Of a DNA stretch of 51,999 nt, positions 43,138 to 51,856 are shown in pieces. This DNA is from a virus. Taxonomy: Duplodnaviria; Caudoviricetes. Location of the stretch: positions 1 to 51,999 of IMG/VR virus record IMGVR_UViG_3300031758_000112; one strand, written 5' to 3'. The position numbers and the translations under genes were made by a program. Every line of letters starts with the position of its first letter. The first letter of the stretch is position 1. Under the pieces are notes generated by a model that was not told the DNA's origin, did not search any database, and saw nothing but the letters and a program-made list of their open reading frames with translations.

Positions 43138-44028
43138 TTAATAGCCGCGTTCTTTGAGCTCTCGCTCGCGTTTCTTGGCTTCATAGTTCCACAGTTCCGC
43201 TGGTGACATGTCGCCAAGTGTTTTAGGCGGCGGTGTCTGGCCAGTTCGAGTTGTCGCGGCGGCAGCGAGACGTGCTCCGCGCTCTTGCTTGATGTCACCG
43301 GCTGATCGCGTTTGAGCTGTTGAAAATAAATCCAACATCTTGATCGCGTCTCTGGCAATAGGGCTGTCGGCCAAAGCTCTGGTCTGCGGGTTTTGTACAG
43401 TAAACCATTGCGCGAATTCGGTCGTGTTGATCGTCTCGCGCCAGTTTTCGTACTTACCTTCGATTCGTGCTTCTTCCATGAGGCGACCCATCTCAGCCTT
43501 GGTGTTAGCAACTTCCTGCTGTACAAACTGAGCCACCGCTTCCGGTGACAAACTTTGTTGCTGAGAAGGCACTCCAATTTTGGATGTGACGTATTCCTCC
43601 ATCGCCCCGGCCCACTCCGGGAAATCTTGCTTGAGCTGCTCCCACTTCTCCGGGTTCTTGGCTGCGCTGCTGATAGCTGTCTGCGTAGGCGCTTCTTGCA
43701 TTGCTGCTTGACGTGCCTGCTGAGCTTCTCTTTGCATCGCTGCCACGCGACCCTCAGTCGTTTTGACATGGTGCAGCAGTTGAGCATTTGCCTGTGCTAA
43801 ATCATCAATCTGTGCCAGCTTGGCACGGACCGTCAGGGATAGCCCAGCTAAGGGATCTTCCGGCTGTTCGGGTTCGGTTTGCGCTTGCTCAAGATCAAGG
43901 TCCTGCGGCGTTTCCGGCGCAGCGGCTAAAGAATCAGATGCGAACGTATCACCGTCGGCATTTAATTTTGACGCCTCTTCATCCCACAAGTTTTGCACTT
44001 CTTCCGAAGACAGTTGGTTTTCTTCCAC
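43138..44028 (-). CDS. Capsid scaffolding protein
   Basis: Acidic N-terminus, coiled coil, LKQDFPEWA, FAQW. GTG start with GGAG RBS. Directly upstream of the MCP. Confidence 0.75.
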   Translation of the reverse strand: MEENQLSSEEVQNLWDEEASKLNADGDTFASDSLAAAPETPQDLDLEQAQTEPEQPEDPLAGLSLTVRAKLAQIDDLAQANAQLLHHVKTTEGRVAAMQREAQQARQAAMQEAPTQTAISSAAKNPEKWEQLKQDFPEWAGAMEEYVTSKIGVPSQQQSLSPEAVAQFVQQEVANTKAEMGRLMEEARIEGKYENWRETINTTEFAQWFTVQNPQTRALADSPIARDAIKMLDLFSTAQTRSAGDIKQERGARLAAAATTRTGQTPPPKTLGDMSPAELWNYEAKKRERELKERGY

Positions 44029-44088
44029 TTTTTGCTCTCCAAATAAAGGCCGTCTTTCAACGGCCCACTAAAAAGGCCAAGCGGGACG

Positions 44089-44289
44089 TTAATCCGGCTC
44101 GACCACCACACCCCGAGTTGCCGCATTTGGCAAGTCGAGAAATCTTTTTAGCATGCGTATCTCACCCCGCATCGCCGCTGTCTCAACATCGGAGAGGGCA
44201 ACAGCGTCGTTCTTGATTCTGGCTTGCTCAAGCTGGGCTTCCGCCCACTTGCGCAAAACATGCCATGTGCTTGATGAGTAATCAGTCAT
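44089..44289 (-). CDS. Small conserved head-module protein
   Basis: W..LRKW...L...ND...TAAMRGEIRMLKRFL pattern, typical of the small gene before podovirus scaffolds. Confidence 0.7.
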   Translation of the reverse strand: MTDYSSSTWHVLRKWAEAQLEQARIKNDAVALSDVETAAMRGEIRMLKRFLDLPNAATRGVVVEPD

Positions 44290-44378
44290 AGAAAAAGCCA
44301 GCTCGGTGGCTGGCTTCGGTAAATTTTGGGCGCAACTCGCCCGAAGAAATTTTATAACAGATCGTGGCGCTTATGCAA
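44290..44378 (-). promoter_or_regulatory. Promoter + hairpin + terminator leader upstream of the capsid genes
   Basis: Minus strand: TTGCAT(44378-44373), TGTTATAAAAT (-10 at 44354-44349), GGGCG/CGCCC hairpin, then AAGCCAGC-N6-GCTGGCTT followed by TTTCT. Confidence 0.65.
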
Positions 44379-44397
44379 CAGTTATCTTTGGTCATTT

Positions 44398-45162
44398 TTA
44401 AGTTGGTTCTTCTGTGGCCGGAACCGGCTTTTCGTCCAGTTTTTTGCGAACAATTCCTTTGAGCCCGGTTTTCAACCCTCTACTTTGAAGCACCTCGCCT
44501 ATGAGGCCCATTTCTTGTTGGGCCAGTGATGGTTGCCCGGCTCGGTCCAACTGGGCCTTGGTTGGATCTGGCGCCTTCTTGTCAAAGGTTTCGGTAAACT
44601 CACCCGGCTTGTCTATAAAACTGTTTACGTCGTACTCAATCGTGTACGTTGGAATGCTGGCGCCCATCCCGCTTCTTGCGCCCTCCGTTACAGCAACCAC
44701 GCGAACTTTGCTGGCGTCAAGCTGCCTTGAGGTTGGCGTACCCATCGGGTTTCCCGGGTTCCGTTCTCCGGGTAGGTAGAAATACTCAGGGCGTGGCCTA
44801 CCCCACCCGTCAGTCCCACCGCCGCCCTTGGTAGCACCGGTAAAAGTTTTTGTTTCTTTGCCAGTCGGGTTTTGCCTAAGCATTGAGTACCCGGGGCTAT
44901 CAGTGTTAGCCGTCATCCCAGCATATTGCGCTGGCGCTGAAGTGTCAGTTAATTGGCCCGACGCTTTATCAGCCGTGTAAAACTGTCCGGTGTTAAACCC
45001 CGCAGGGTCGTACTCGCCGCTATAGACGTAGGGGTTTCCACTAGGGTCCCTTACAAAGCTCTCGTTGTACTTACCCACGCCGCTGTTGTAGCTGCCCGCT
45101 CTGCGCTGGTAGGCGGCTAGGGCGCGGTTGTAAGCGTCAATGTCTCGGGCGAGTACTGACAT
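44398..45162 (-). CDS. Hypothetical (putative virion) protein
   Basis: 254-aa ORF between portal and scaffold. Confidence 0.65.
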   Translation of the reverse strand: MSVLARDIDAYNRALAAYQRRAGSYNSGVGKYNESFVRDPSGNPYVYSGEYDPAGFNTGQFYTADKASGQLTDTSAPAQYAGMTANTDSPGYSMLRQNPTGKETKTFTGATKGGGGTDGWGRPRPEYFYLPGERNPGNPMGTPTSRQLDASKVRVVAVTEGARSGMGASIPTYTIEYDVNSFIDKPGEFTETFDKKAPDPTKAQLDRAGQPSLAQQEMGLIGEVLQSRGLKTGLKGIVRKKLDEKPVPATEEPT

Positions 45163-45165
45163 AGG

Positions 45166-45918
45166 TTAGACGTTAAAAGGGTTGGCCACGCCGGGAGGTA
45201 GTTTGACGTTGGGGTTGGTGTTAAACAGCTGCTGGCTCTGATTGGCAATTAAACCGCCGGTGTTGACGTTACCAACTTGAGAGTCGTTGGCCATAAAGCC
45301 CCTAGCCGTTGTGCCACCGCCCCCTGCGCCCAAAGTGTCAGCGCCAGCAATTGCGCCCACAGGTTTTGTGCGGGTGTAGTTGGTCACGCCGGCAGCAATG
45401 GCAGACGCAGCCGAGCTGTACATTTTGCCATCAGGGCCATAGACCACGCCAGAAGTGCCGGCGCCCGAGTTGCTTGTATCAATGCTTGTACCGCCGGCAT
45501 CTACTGTTGCGCCGCCGGTAGTGGTGCCGGTGCTCGTAGTGGTGCCGGGAGTTTTACTTTTTGCCAACAAGTCTTTGTAACTGTTTTGCAGCTCAAGTAT
45601 TTGTTTTTGCAAGTAGCTTGTAGACGGCTTCTTAAGCGCTTGGTCGTAGTAGTTATCGTACCCAGCAGCTGCCAAGGCAGAGTCATTGACTGTGTTGCCC
45701 GGTGCGTACGACATGTTGCCGTAGCCCTGAGCTGCAATAGTTGGCCCATATTTTTTAATGGCTTCGTCGCTTGGGGCGCCCATATTACCGCCGGCCGATT
45801 TGGCCAAACTGTACACGGCGTCGTAGCCGCCGGCCGCATTAAATTCTGAGGTTGGGACGCCGGTCAGCATTGACCGGTAGATCATCTCTTGCGCTTGTGC
45901 TGGGGTTAGTGTCGCCAT
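45166..45918 (-). CDS. Hypothetical (putative virion) protein; C-terminus paralogous to 45922-46791
   Basis: Shared VYGPDG...AIAAGVTNYT...ARGFMA...GGLIA...NPF tail. Confidence 0.7.
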   Translation of the reverse strand: MATLTPAQAQEMIYRSMLTGVPTSEFNAAGGYDAVYSLAKSAGGNMGAPSDEAIKKYGPTIAAQGYGNMSYAPGNTVNDSALAAAGYDNYYDQALKKPSTSYLQKQILELQNSYKDLLAKSKTPGTTTSTGTTTGGATVDAGGTSIDTSNSGAGTSGVVYGPDGKMYSSAASAIAAGVTNYTRTKPVGAIAGADTLGAGGGGTTARGFMANDSQVGNVNTGGLIANQSQQLFNTNPNVKLPPGVANPFNV

Positions 45919-45921
45919 GAT

Positions 45922-46791
45922 TTAAGTCCTAAAAGGGTTGGGGACGCCGGTGGGCAAATTGATTTGGGTAACCGGATTAAACAATTGCGAGTTTTGGCTG
46001 GCAATCAAACCCCCGGGATTGACATTGCCGGTGCTGATAGCGTCAGCCATGAAGCCCCTAGCCTCTGTGCCGCCGCCGCCAGAACCCATCAAGTCCGCAT
46101 TGGCAATCAAACCTGCGGGTTTTGTAAGGGTGTAATTGGTAACGCCAGCAGCAATAGCTGCTGCTGGGGAGACATATGATCTGCCATCTGGACCATAGAC
46201 TGCGCCGGTAGTAGGGGTGCTGGCGCCAGTGTTGATGTTTGTGCTGCCCGTGTTTACGGTTGTGCCACCGCTGGTAAGTGTTGGGTTGCCGCCGTACTTT
46301 TTCCAATAGGAAGCGGTAAACGTGTCTGTAGCAACGGGGTCGTTGGCTGCTTTAGTAACACCGGCTAAATAACCCGGCGTGTCAATCTTGCCTGCAAATT
46401 GCGAACCTGACGACCAGTTTGAGTCGTACGTTGAACCAACCCGACCCTGCATTTGTTGATACGTGTAGTCCGCTTGTTCAGGCAAATAGCCTTGCCCCAT
46501 TACGTGGCTGGCGTTGGCAACCAAATAAGCCTTGTCGCTGTACATGTCTTTAAGCGCTTTTTCAGCAGCCTCAAGCGGGTTGCTGGAAGCCATAATGGTT
46601 TTCCAGTCGCGGGCGTCTAGGTTGGCGCCGACGTTACCGTACATTGCGTTTGAAACCCTTTGAACCAATTCTTGCTCTCCGGGTTGGCTGTAGTCGAGAG
46701 GGCGGCCCGTAGTTGCCTCCACCAACGTTCGCAGATCCACGCCGCTTTTAGGCGTTGCCTTATCTAAGCCCGAGTAACCGCTTGTAGCCAT
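45922..46791 (-). CDS. Hypothetical (putative virion) protein; C-terminus paralogous to 45166-45918
   Basis: Shared ~90-aa C-terminal module. AAGGA RBS. Confidence 0.7.
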   Translation of the reverse strand: MATSGYSGLDKATPKSGVDLRTLVEATTGRPLDYSQPGEQELVQRVSNAMYGNVGANLDARDWKTIMASSNPLEAAEKALKDMYSDKAYLVANASHVMGQGYLPEQADYTYQQMQGRVGSTYDSNWSSGSQFAGKIDTPGYLAGVTKAANDPVATDTFTASYWKKYGGNPTLTSGGTTVNTGSTNINTGASTPTTGAVYGPDGRSYVSPAAAIAAGVTNYTLTKPAGLIANADLMGSGGGGTEARGFMADAISTGNVNPGGLIASQNSQLFNPVTQINLPTGVPNPFRT

Positions 46792-46803
46792 AATTGTTCT
46801 TCC

Positions 46804-49032
46804 TTAAATTCCTGAGCCAGTCTGTAAAGCCAAGTCGCGCTCAGCAGCAAACAGCTCTTTACGGCTGCGCTCTTTCATAGCGGTGTCGGCCAATTGGGCC
46901 TTGATCTTCTCAAGGCTAATGTTCTGCGAGTTGGACAACTTCAGCATCTCGATCTCACGCGTCATCTCCAGCTGCATGATGTGCAGGTCGGCCTCTTGCG
47001 CAGAGATTGCCTGACGCACTTGCAGTTCTTGCAAGTCGCCTTGATTCTGCAATTGGACTTTCTGCATCTCGGCCTGCGCGCGAACTTGGGCCACGGCCAT
47101 GGCTGGGTCGGGCGGTGGCCCTGCGGCTGCCGCCTGCTTCTGCATTTCCTTGATTTGCTCAATCTCTTCCTCTGGCTTGAACACCTCGGCCGGGTCGATG
47201 TGCTGGGCCTGCAAGGCCTTCTCAAATAACTTCTGTGTGTCAAGGTACATGCCGTAAACCGGGTTGGCCCCAGCGGCAAGCAGGTTCAAGAACGATTGGT
47301 TCTGGATGTCACGGACCACCAACGCGCTTGAGCCACGGGCGTCGATTGTGAAGTCGCCCTTGATCTCTTCGTCGTCGTTGTACATCATGTTGTAGTCGTA
47401 GTAACGACGGATGTGCGACTTGGTGACCATGTCGTCGAACTGTTTGACGAGCCTGCGCAAAACCACGTTGGCGCTGTTCATCAACATTTGCATGCCACCG
47501 ACAGTGTCTGGCGCTGCTCCCTTCTCGCCTTGCATGATAGTAGGCACGCCGGTCTCAGCGTCTGCCAGCTCGGTGGCCATCTTGATGATGCCTGCCAGCT
47601 CGGCTTGGTGTGAATTGAATTCAAAGGTCGAGAACGCCTTGCGCACGTCGTCGATGTCGTCGGTTGCGTACCAGATCTTGCGGGCAGACAGCTGCCACTG
47701 CTTGTCGGCTGGCTGGATCGCACCCGGCTTGATGACGATCTGTGGACCGCTGGACACGCCGGCGTTGTCCATCATCTGGCGCCATGCAGCGTTCAAGACC
47801 TTCTGCTGTGAACGCATGAGGTACGGGATGCCGTAGCCCCACATTGAGCCCGCAACCTTTTCCCAGACATAGAAGTCGTAGGGTATGTCGCCGCCTTCCA
47901 GTGGGTTCAGGAACGCCTTGACCACGGTGTTGTTGATCATGACGACGCACGCGCTGATGCTGCGCAGCTCGTCTTTCTCGCCCATGGATACTCCCGCAGA
48001 CTCAAGGTCGTCGTGGTCCACTTCGCCCCAATAGGTCCACATCTCGTAGGTCAAACGGGCCATGTCGCGCTGGTCTTCGTCGGTCATCTCGCGCAATGTG
48101 GCGGACTGCTTAGGCCCCTCTTCCAATACTTTGCGCAGCTGGTCTTTCATGAAGCCGGGCTGCTTGGCAAGGTCGCGGATCTGTTTGGCCGTGACCTGTT
48201 CGCGCTCGTAGATGCCTTTGCCGTTGTGAATGTTTTCGCCGCAGCCGGGATCTGGCCAGACGTTGCGCGGGTCAACGCGGAACGAAGCAGGGCTGATCTC
48301 TTGCACGATCTCGATCTGGTGGACCGTTTGGCCCATGCTGTCTGTCATGGGCTGCCACGCCTTGCGTGTGCGGTTGGTGACGATCGGACCCTTGACCACG
48401 CCTGTGCCAAGCACGGCGGCGTCGTGAATCATTTTGCGCAACTCGCCGTTGTAGTTGCATTCGACCAGCTGATCTTCGATCTCGGTCTGCATGGCCAAGG
48501 CCTTCTTGTTGGCCATCTCAAGCACAGCCTTGACAACGTCACGAACGCGGACTGGTTGCCCGTCCTCACCCATGACTGGCTGGCCTTGTGGGTCCATGGC
48601 CATCTTGTTGTCTTTGCTCATGCCCATCAACTCGGGGCTTGGCGTGGGCTGTATGCCCCAGTTGCGGTCGTCGGTCGGCAGCAGAATGTCTGCAAGGCGG
48701 GCCTCGGCAGCATTGGTCTTTTGACGCGTCATGCCGATAAACACCGTCGAGCGGTGGGGCTTGGCGCCCTGCGTGGTCACAGGGTAGCCCTGCTCCACGC
48801 TGGTCATCATCTGGCTGGCTGCCTTGTTGATGTTGTCCTTGCCGTTGTACTGGTCCTCGTCCTCAATCCAACGCTTGTCGACGCCGTAGGAGCCGCGCGA
48901 ACGAATCCATTCGTCACGTTGGCCACTGAGCGAAGAGCCGAAAGATTGCAGCTTCTCCGCCTTCTTGCGCATCCGCTCTTCTGGATCTTCGTACTCGACC
49001 TCGACGTCGATTTGTTGTGGTTGGATTTGCAT
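46804..49032 (-). CDS. Portal protein
   Basis: 742 aa, after the terminase. HDAAVLGTGVVK, FRVDPRNVWPDP, WGYGIP, GGMQMLM, DFTIDARGS and a Gln-rich coiled-coil tail. Confidence 0.9.
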   Translation of the reverse strand: MQIQPQQIDVEVEYEDPEERMRKKAEKLQSFGSSLSGQRDEWIRSRGSYGVDKRWIEDEDQYNGKDNINKAASQMMTSVEQGYPVTTQGAKPHRSTVFIGMTRQKTNAAEARLADILLPTDDRNWGIQPTPSPELMGMSKDNKMAMDPQGQPVMGEDGQPVRVRDVVKAVLEMANKKALAMQTEIEDQLVECNYNGELRKMIHDAAVLGTGVVKGPIVTNRTRKAWQPMTDSMGQTVHQIEIVQEISPASFRVDPRNVWPDPGCGENIHNGKGIYEREQVTAKQIRDLAKQPGFMKDQLRKVLEEGPKQSATLREMTDEDQRDMARLTYEMWTYWGEVDHDDLESAGVSMGEKDELRSISACVVMINNTVVKAFLNPLEGGDIPYDFYVWEKVAGSMWGYGIPYLMRSQQKVLNAAWRQMMDNAGVSSGPQIVIKPGAIQPADKQWQLSARKIWYATDDIDDVRKAFSTFEFNSHQAELAGIIKMATELADAETGVPTIMQGEKGAAPDTVGGMQMLMNSANVVLRRLVKQFDDMVTKSHIRRYYDYNMMYNDDEEIKGDFTIDARGSSALVVRDIQNQSFLNLLAAGANPVYGMYLDTQKLFEKALQAQHIDPAEVFKPEEEIEQIKEMQKQAAAAGPPPDPAMAVAQVRAQAEMQKVQLQNQGDLQELQVRQAISAQEADLHIMQLEMTREIEMLKLSNSQNISLEKIKAQLADTAMKERSRKELFAAERDLALQTGSGI

Positions 49033-49049
49033 GGGGTTCAGTCCTCAGC

Positions 49050-49415
49050 TCAGTAAGGTGCTTTGGCGTAGCGTGCGTGGATGGCTACAACGCCTTTGAT
49101 TACAACGCTGGTGCCGCTGGTAACTGCGGGACGAATCCACGCCGGGTTCTCATTGGCGGTACCCATTCCAGCCGCCGTAAAAGCCATGGCCGTGGTGCCG
49201 CTTCTCTGGGTTAGCGAGCTCCAATTGGTGTTGTCGTTGGATCCTTGCCACGTAATCGTGCCGCCGCCAAAGGTGCCGGTCGCTTGGGTAGTTAGGTCAG
49301 CTGCATAGGCAATGGGCACGCCGGCGCCCACGTCGTTGGTAGCCATGGCAGCCCATGAGGCAAGGACCACGCCGGGGATTGAGTCGCGATCGATTGTTGG
49401 TGTGATAGTAGCCAT
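49050..49415 (-). CDS. Hypothetical structural protein
   Basis: GTFGGGTITWQGSNDNTNW...WIRP beta-sandwich pattern. GAGG RBS. Confidence 0.7.
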   Translation of the reverse strand: MATITPTIDRDSIPGVVLASWAAMATNDVGAGVPIAYAADLTTQATGTFGGGTITWQGSNDNTNWSSLTQRSGTTAMAFTAAGMGTANENPAWIRPAVTSGTSVVIKGVVAIHARYAKAPY

Positions 49416-49439
49416 AAAAGTTTCCTCTGTTAAGGTTAA

Positions 49440-50909
49440 TCAATACCCGGTGACCGGGTCGAATACGTTGAACTCAAGCGTCGGGGCCATGCGGCTAGAA
49501 CGCATGCGGCCCTCGGCTTCTTCTTGTGTCTTGGCAAAGCGCCTCATCATCATGGCGTATCGCGTTGCCGACATCAAGTCATCGCTGATTTTAACGACCA
49601 TACCGTCTTTGCGGTGGTACAGCCTGAATTCTTCAAACCAGTCTTCCAGATGTGAGAACACGCGCAAGCGCATGGTCTGCATGCGTGTCAGCATCTCGGA
49701 CAGGCCGGCCTCGACGCCGTTGCTGCCGTCCTCGAACGTAGCCCGGTTGGCCATCATGTTCAAGCCTTGGTCCTTGTACTGCTTGGCCAGCTGCTCACCG
49801 CTGCCGCCCTTGTCGCGCTGCAAGCCGTCATGCGGCCAAGCCATTGGCACCCATTCGCCCCGTGCACGCACAGCCATCGAGTGGCCAGCAATGCCGGGCT
49901 CACTGCGTCTGTAGCAGTCGGTCACGTAGAGCGTGTCGCTGTCCTTGTCCCAAGCCATCCACACGACGGCGGTAGGGTGGTCGACACCGAAGTCAATCGC
50001 CGCAATGCGCGCCCAGTGTGGCGGGATCGGGAAGGCCCGGATCTTGATCGCCTCCTCGACCACAGGAAACACACGGCCAGATCCCAAAATGGGAATGCCT
50101 TTGGCACGGGCTTCACGCTCGTGCTCCGGGTAGCTGGCAATGATCGCCGCAGCCTGCTCGGGTGTGTAGTGCTCGGCGTCGCTGATCGTCATGTTGGTGA
50201 CGGTCGATGACGCCGGCTTCTCCAGCAGGAATCGCTTGACCACTTCGGACATGCCAAGCAACGGCGTAAAGGTCACGAAGACCTGACCGGCTGTTGCCTG
50301 CGTACGGGTCAAGCCCTCAGAATAAATTGGCAGCGGTGGCTCCTCGTCGAACCACACCAGATCCACGGTGTCGGCCTGCCACTTGGTGCGGCCTTGGTCG
50401 TAGCTGTTGAACTGGATCACGCTGTCTTCACCGCATTCGTGCCGCACGACAATGCTTGAGACCGCATCGGGCACGCCCTGCTTCATGCTGGTGTCGCGCA
50501 CACAGGCAAACGGAATGGCGCCTGTGCCCCACTCCTCGCGCATCTCTGGCGGCCCAAGCAGCAAGCGCTGAATACCCTTGCGGGTCAGCTCGGCCGATTC
50601 GGATCCAACCATGCAGCGGATAGCGTAGTTGTATCGCTTGCCCGTCCACCACGATGGGTAGCGGCCTGTTGCGTGCATCGCGACCTCAAAGGCCCCGGCC
50701 CACGTCTTGCCAAGCTGGTTGCCTGCCATGAACAAGCGCTCACGAAAGTCAAGGCCGGCATTGTGAAACTCGATCTGCTTTTTGTACGGCGCATAGGTCG
50801 CCAGTCGATTGCGCTTGGCCCGAATGTCTTTCATGCGCAGCAGCTCGTACAACTCTCGCTTCTCGTCGTCGTCTAGCAGCGCAGTGTTGATACGGTCAAG
50901 CTGGATCAT
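49440..50909 (-). CDS. terL: Terminase large subunit (P22 gp2-like)
   Basis: Walker A AGNQLGKT, Walker B VWFDEEP, TFTPLLGMS, nuclease IDFGVDHP and DDLMSATRY. Confidence 0.95.
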   Translation of the reverse strand: MIQLDRINTALLDDDEKRELYELLRMKDIRAKRNRLATYAPYKKQIEFHNAGLDFRERLFMAGNQLGKTWAGAFEVAMHATGRYPSWWTGKRYNYAIRCMVGSESAELTRKGIQRLLLGPPEMREEWGTGAIPFACVRDTSMKQGVPDAVSSIVVRHECGEDSVIQFNSYDQGRTKWQADTVDLVWFDEEPPLPIYSEGLTRTQATAGQVFVTFTPLLGMSEVVKRFLLEKPASSTVTNMTISDAEHYTPEQAAAIIASYPEHEREARAKGIPILGSGRVFPVVEEAIKIRAFPIPPHWARIAAIDFGVDHPTAVVWMAWDKDSDTLYVTDCYRRSEPGIAGHSMAVRARGEWVPMAWPHDGLQRDKGGSGEQLAKQYKDQGLNMMANRATFEDGSNGVEAGLSEMLTRMQTMRLRVFSHLEDWFEEFRLYHRKDGMVVKISDDLMSATRYAMMMRRFAKTQEEAEGRMRSSRMAPTLEFNVFDPVTGY

Positions 50910-51370
50910 CTAGCAGCCTTTGCAAGCAACATGTTTAGCCGATTGTCCAGCTGTTCGCTGGTCAGGTCCAACGTGCCGGACATCTTGAGCTCAACGCTTT
51001 TCAGCTTTGGTTGCGTGTATTGCAGAAACTCATTGAGCGTCCGCATGCGCGTGTCAACGTCAAGCAGAGGAACCATGATGTTCTTGCCTTTGTCGTCAAG
51101 CACTGGCTGGCCACTGCGCATCATCGGGATCGTGGCCTTCAGGGCCTTGGCGATCTCGACGGCTGGATCGAGCCCCTCTTCGATGCAGGCTTCTGCAACA
51201 GCTCGAAGGTTGATCCGGTGCGGCGCGCGGCTCGTGCTGGCGCTCTTGCTCACTGGGTGCGCACGGCCTGTCTTGGCCGCTGTCGGAATCGCCAGATCGT
51301 CCATGGTCGCCAGCTTTGGTGGCGCCCCGGCTAAGTCGGCGTTGCGACTTGGATTTCGTTTACTTGCCAT
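50906..51370 (-). CDS. Probable terminase small subunit
   Basis: Directly upstream of and coupled to terL. GLDP..I...LQYTQPKLKSVE motif. Confidence 0.55.
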   Translation of the reverse strand: MASKRNPSRNADLAGAPPKLATMDDLAIPTAAKTGRAHPVSKSASTSRAPHRINLRAVAEACIEEGLDPAVEIAKALKATIPMMRSGQPVLDDKGKNIMVPLLDVDTRMRTLNEFLQYTQPKLKSVELKMSGTLDLTSEQLDNRLNMLLAKAAR

Positions 51371-51680
51371 TCTTCATTGCTCCCCGCACAAGGCCTTCAT
51401 TGCGCGCGCTGATCGCTTTGGCCTTTGCCTTGGCGTCAGCTTTGCTGCTGGCGCCCCAAGCATTGAGACTCAGCAGCAATCGCGTGGGCTCACCGTCCTT
51501 GCGTTCAGGGCCGGGCATGTTGCCCATGCGCGCCAAAAAGGAAGCGCGGCGAGGGTTGTCGCCGGCTTTGACTGGGGCCTTGAGGTTCATCCCCTCAGCC
51601 TTCGCGCTGGCGCGGCCTTTGGCATTGAGGCCGCCTGATGGCGCCTTGCCTTCTTTGCGTTGCCAAGCGGGGCTCTTCAC
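51360..51680 (-). CDS. Small basic conserved phage protein
   Basis: AWQRKEGK..GGLNAKGRAS...RRASFLARM...LNAW. Confidence 0.75.
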   Translation of the reverse strand: MKSPAWQRKEGKAPSGGLNAKGRASAKAEGMNLKAPVKAGDNPRRASFLARMGNMPGPERKDGEPTRLLLSLNAWGASSKADAKAKAKAISARNEGLVRGAMKNGK

Positions 51681-51856
51681 TTCATCGCCCCTCGGATAAT
51701 GCCGGCCTTGGCCGGCTTGGCCGTCTTGGCCGACTCGACAAAGTCAGCCTTGGTAGGTGCGCCCTTTTCGCCGGGCTGGCGCATACGTTCACCCGAGCCA
51801 GAGGCTATGCGTGCCCTCTTGGCTTGGATGTTGGCGTACAAGCCGGGCTTGGCCAT
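51677..51856 (-). CDS. Small basic protein, 59 aa (not in ORF track)
   Basis: MAKPGLYANIQAKRARIASGSGERMRQPGEKGAPTKADFVESAKTAKPAKAGIIRGAMK. Overlap-coupled at both ends. Confidence 0.75.
   Translation of the reverse strand: MAKPGLYANIQAKRARIASGSGERMRQPGEKGAPTKADFVESAKTAKPAKAGIIRGAMK

Noticed and set aside
43113-43787. 224-aa alternative-frame ORF within the scaffold gene
   Set aside because: No RBS or recognisable motifs; composition is typical of an off-frame read.
44048-44065. GAAA-loop hairpin before the scaffold RBS as a terminator
   Set aside because: Short U-tract and mid-operon position; too weak to call.
48013-49056. 347-aa plus-strand ORF and similar long antisense ORFs (e.g. 261-899, 50931-51638)
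   Set aside because: They lie opposite well-supported genes and are explained by codon bias that leaves the antisense frame stop-poor.
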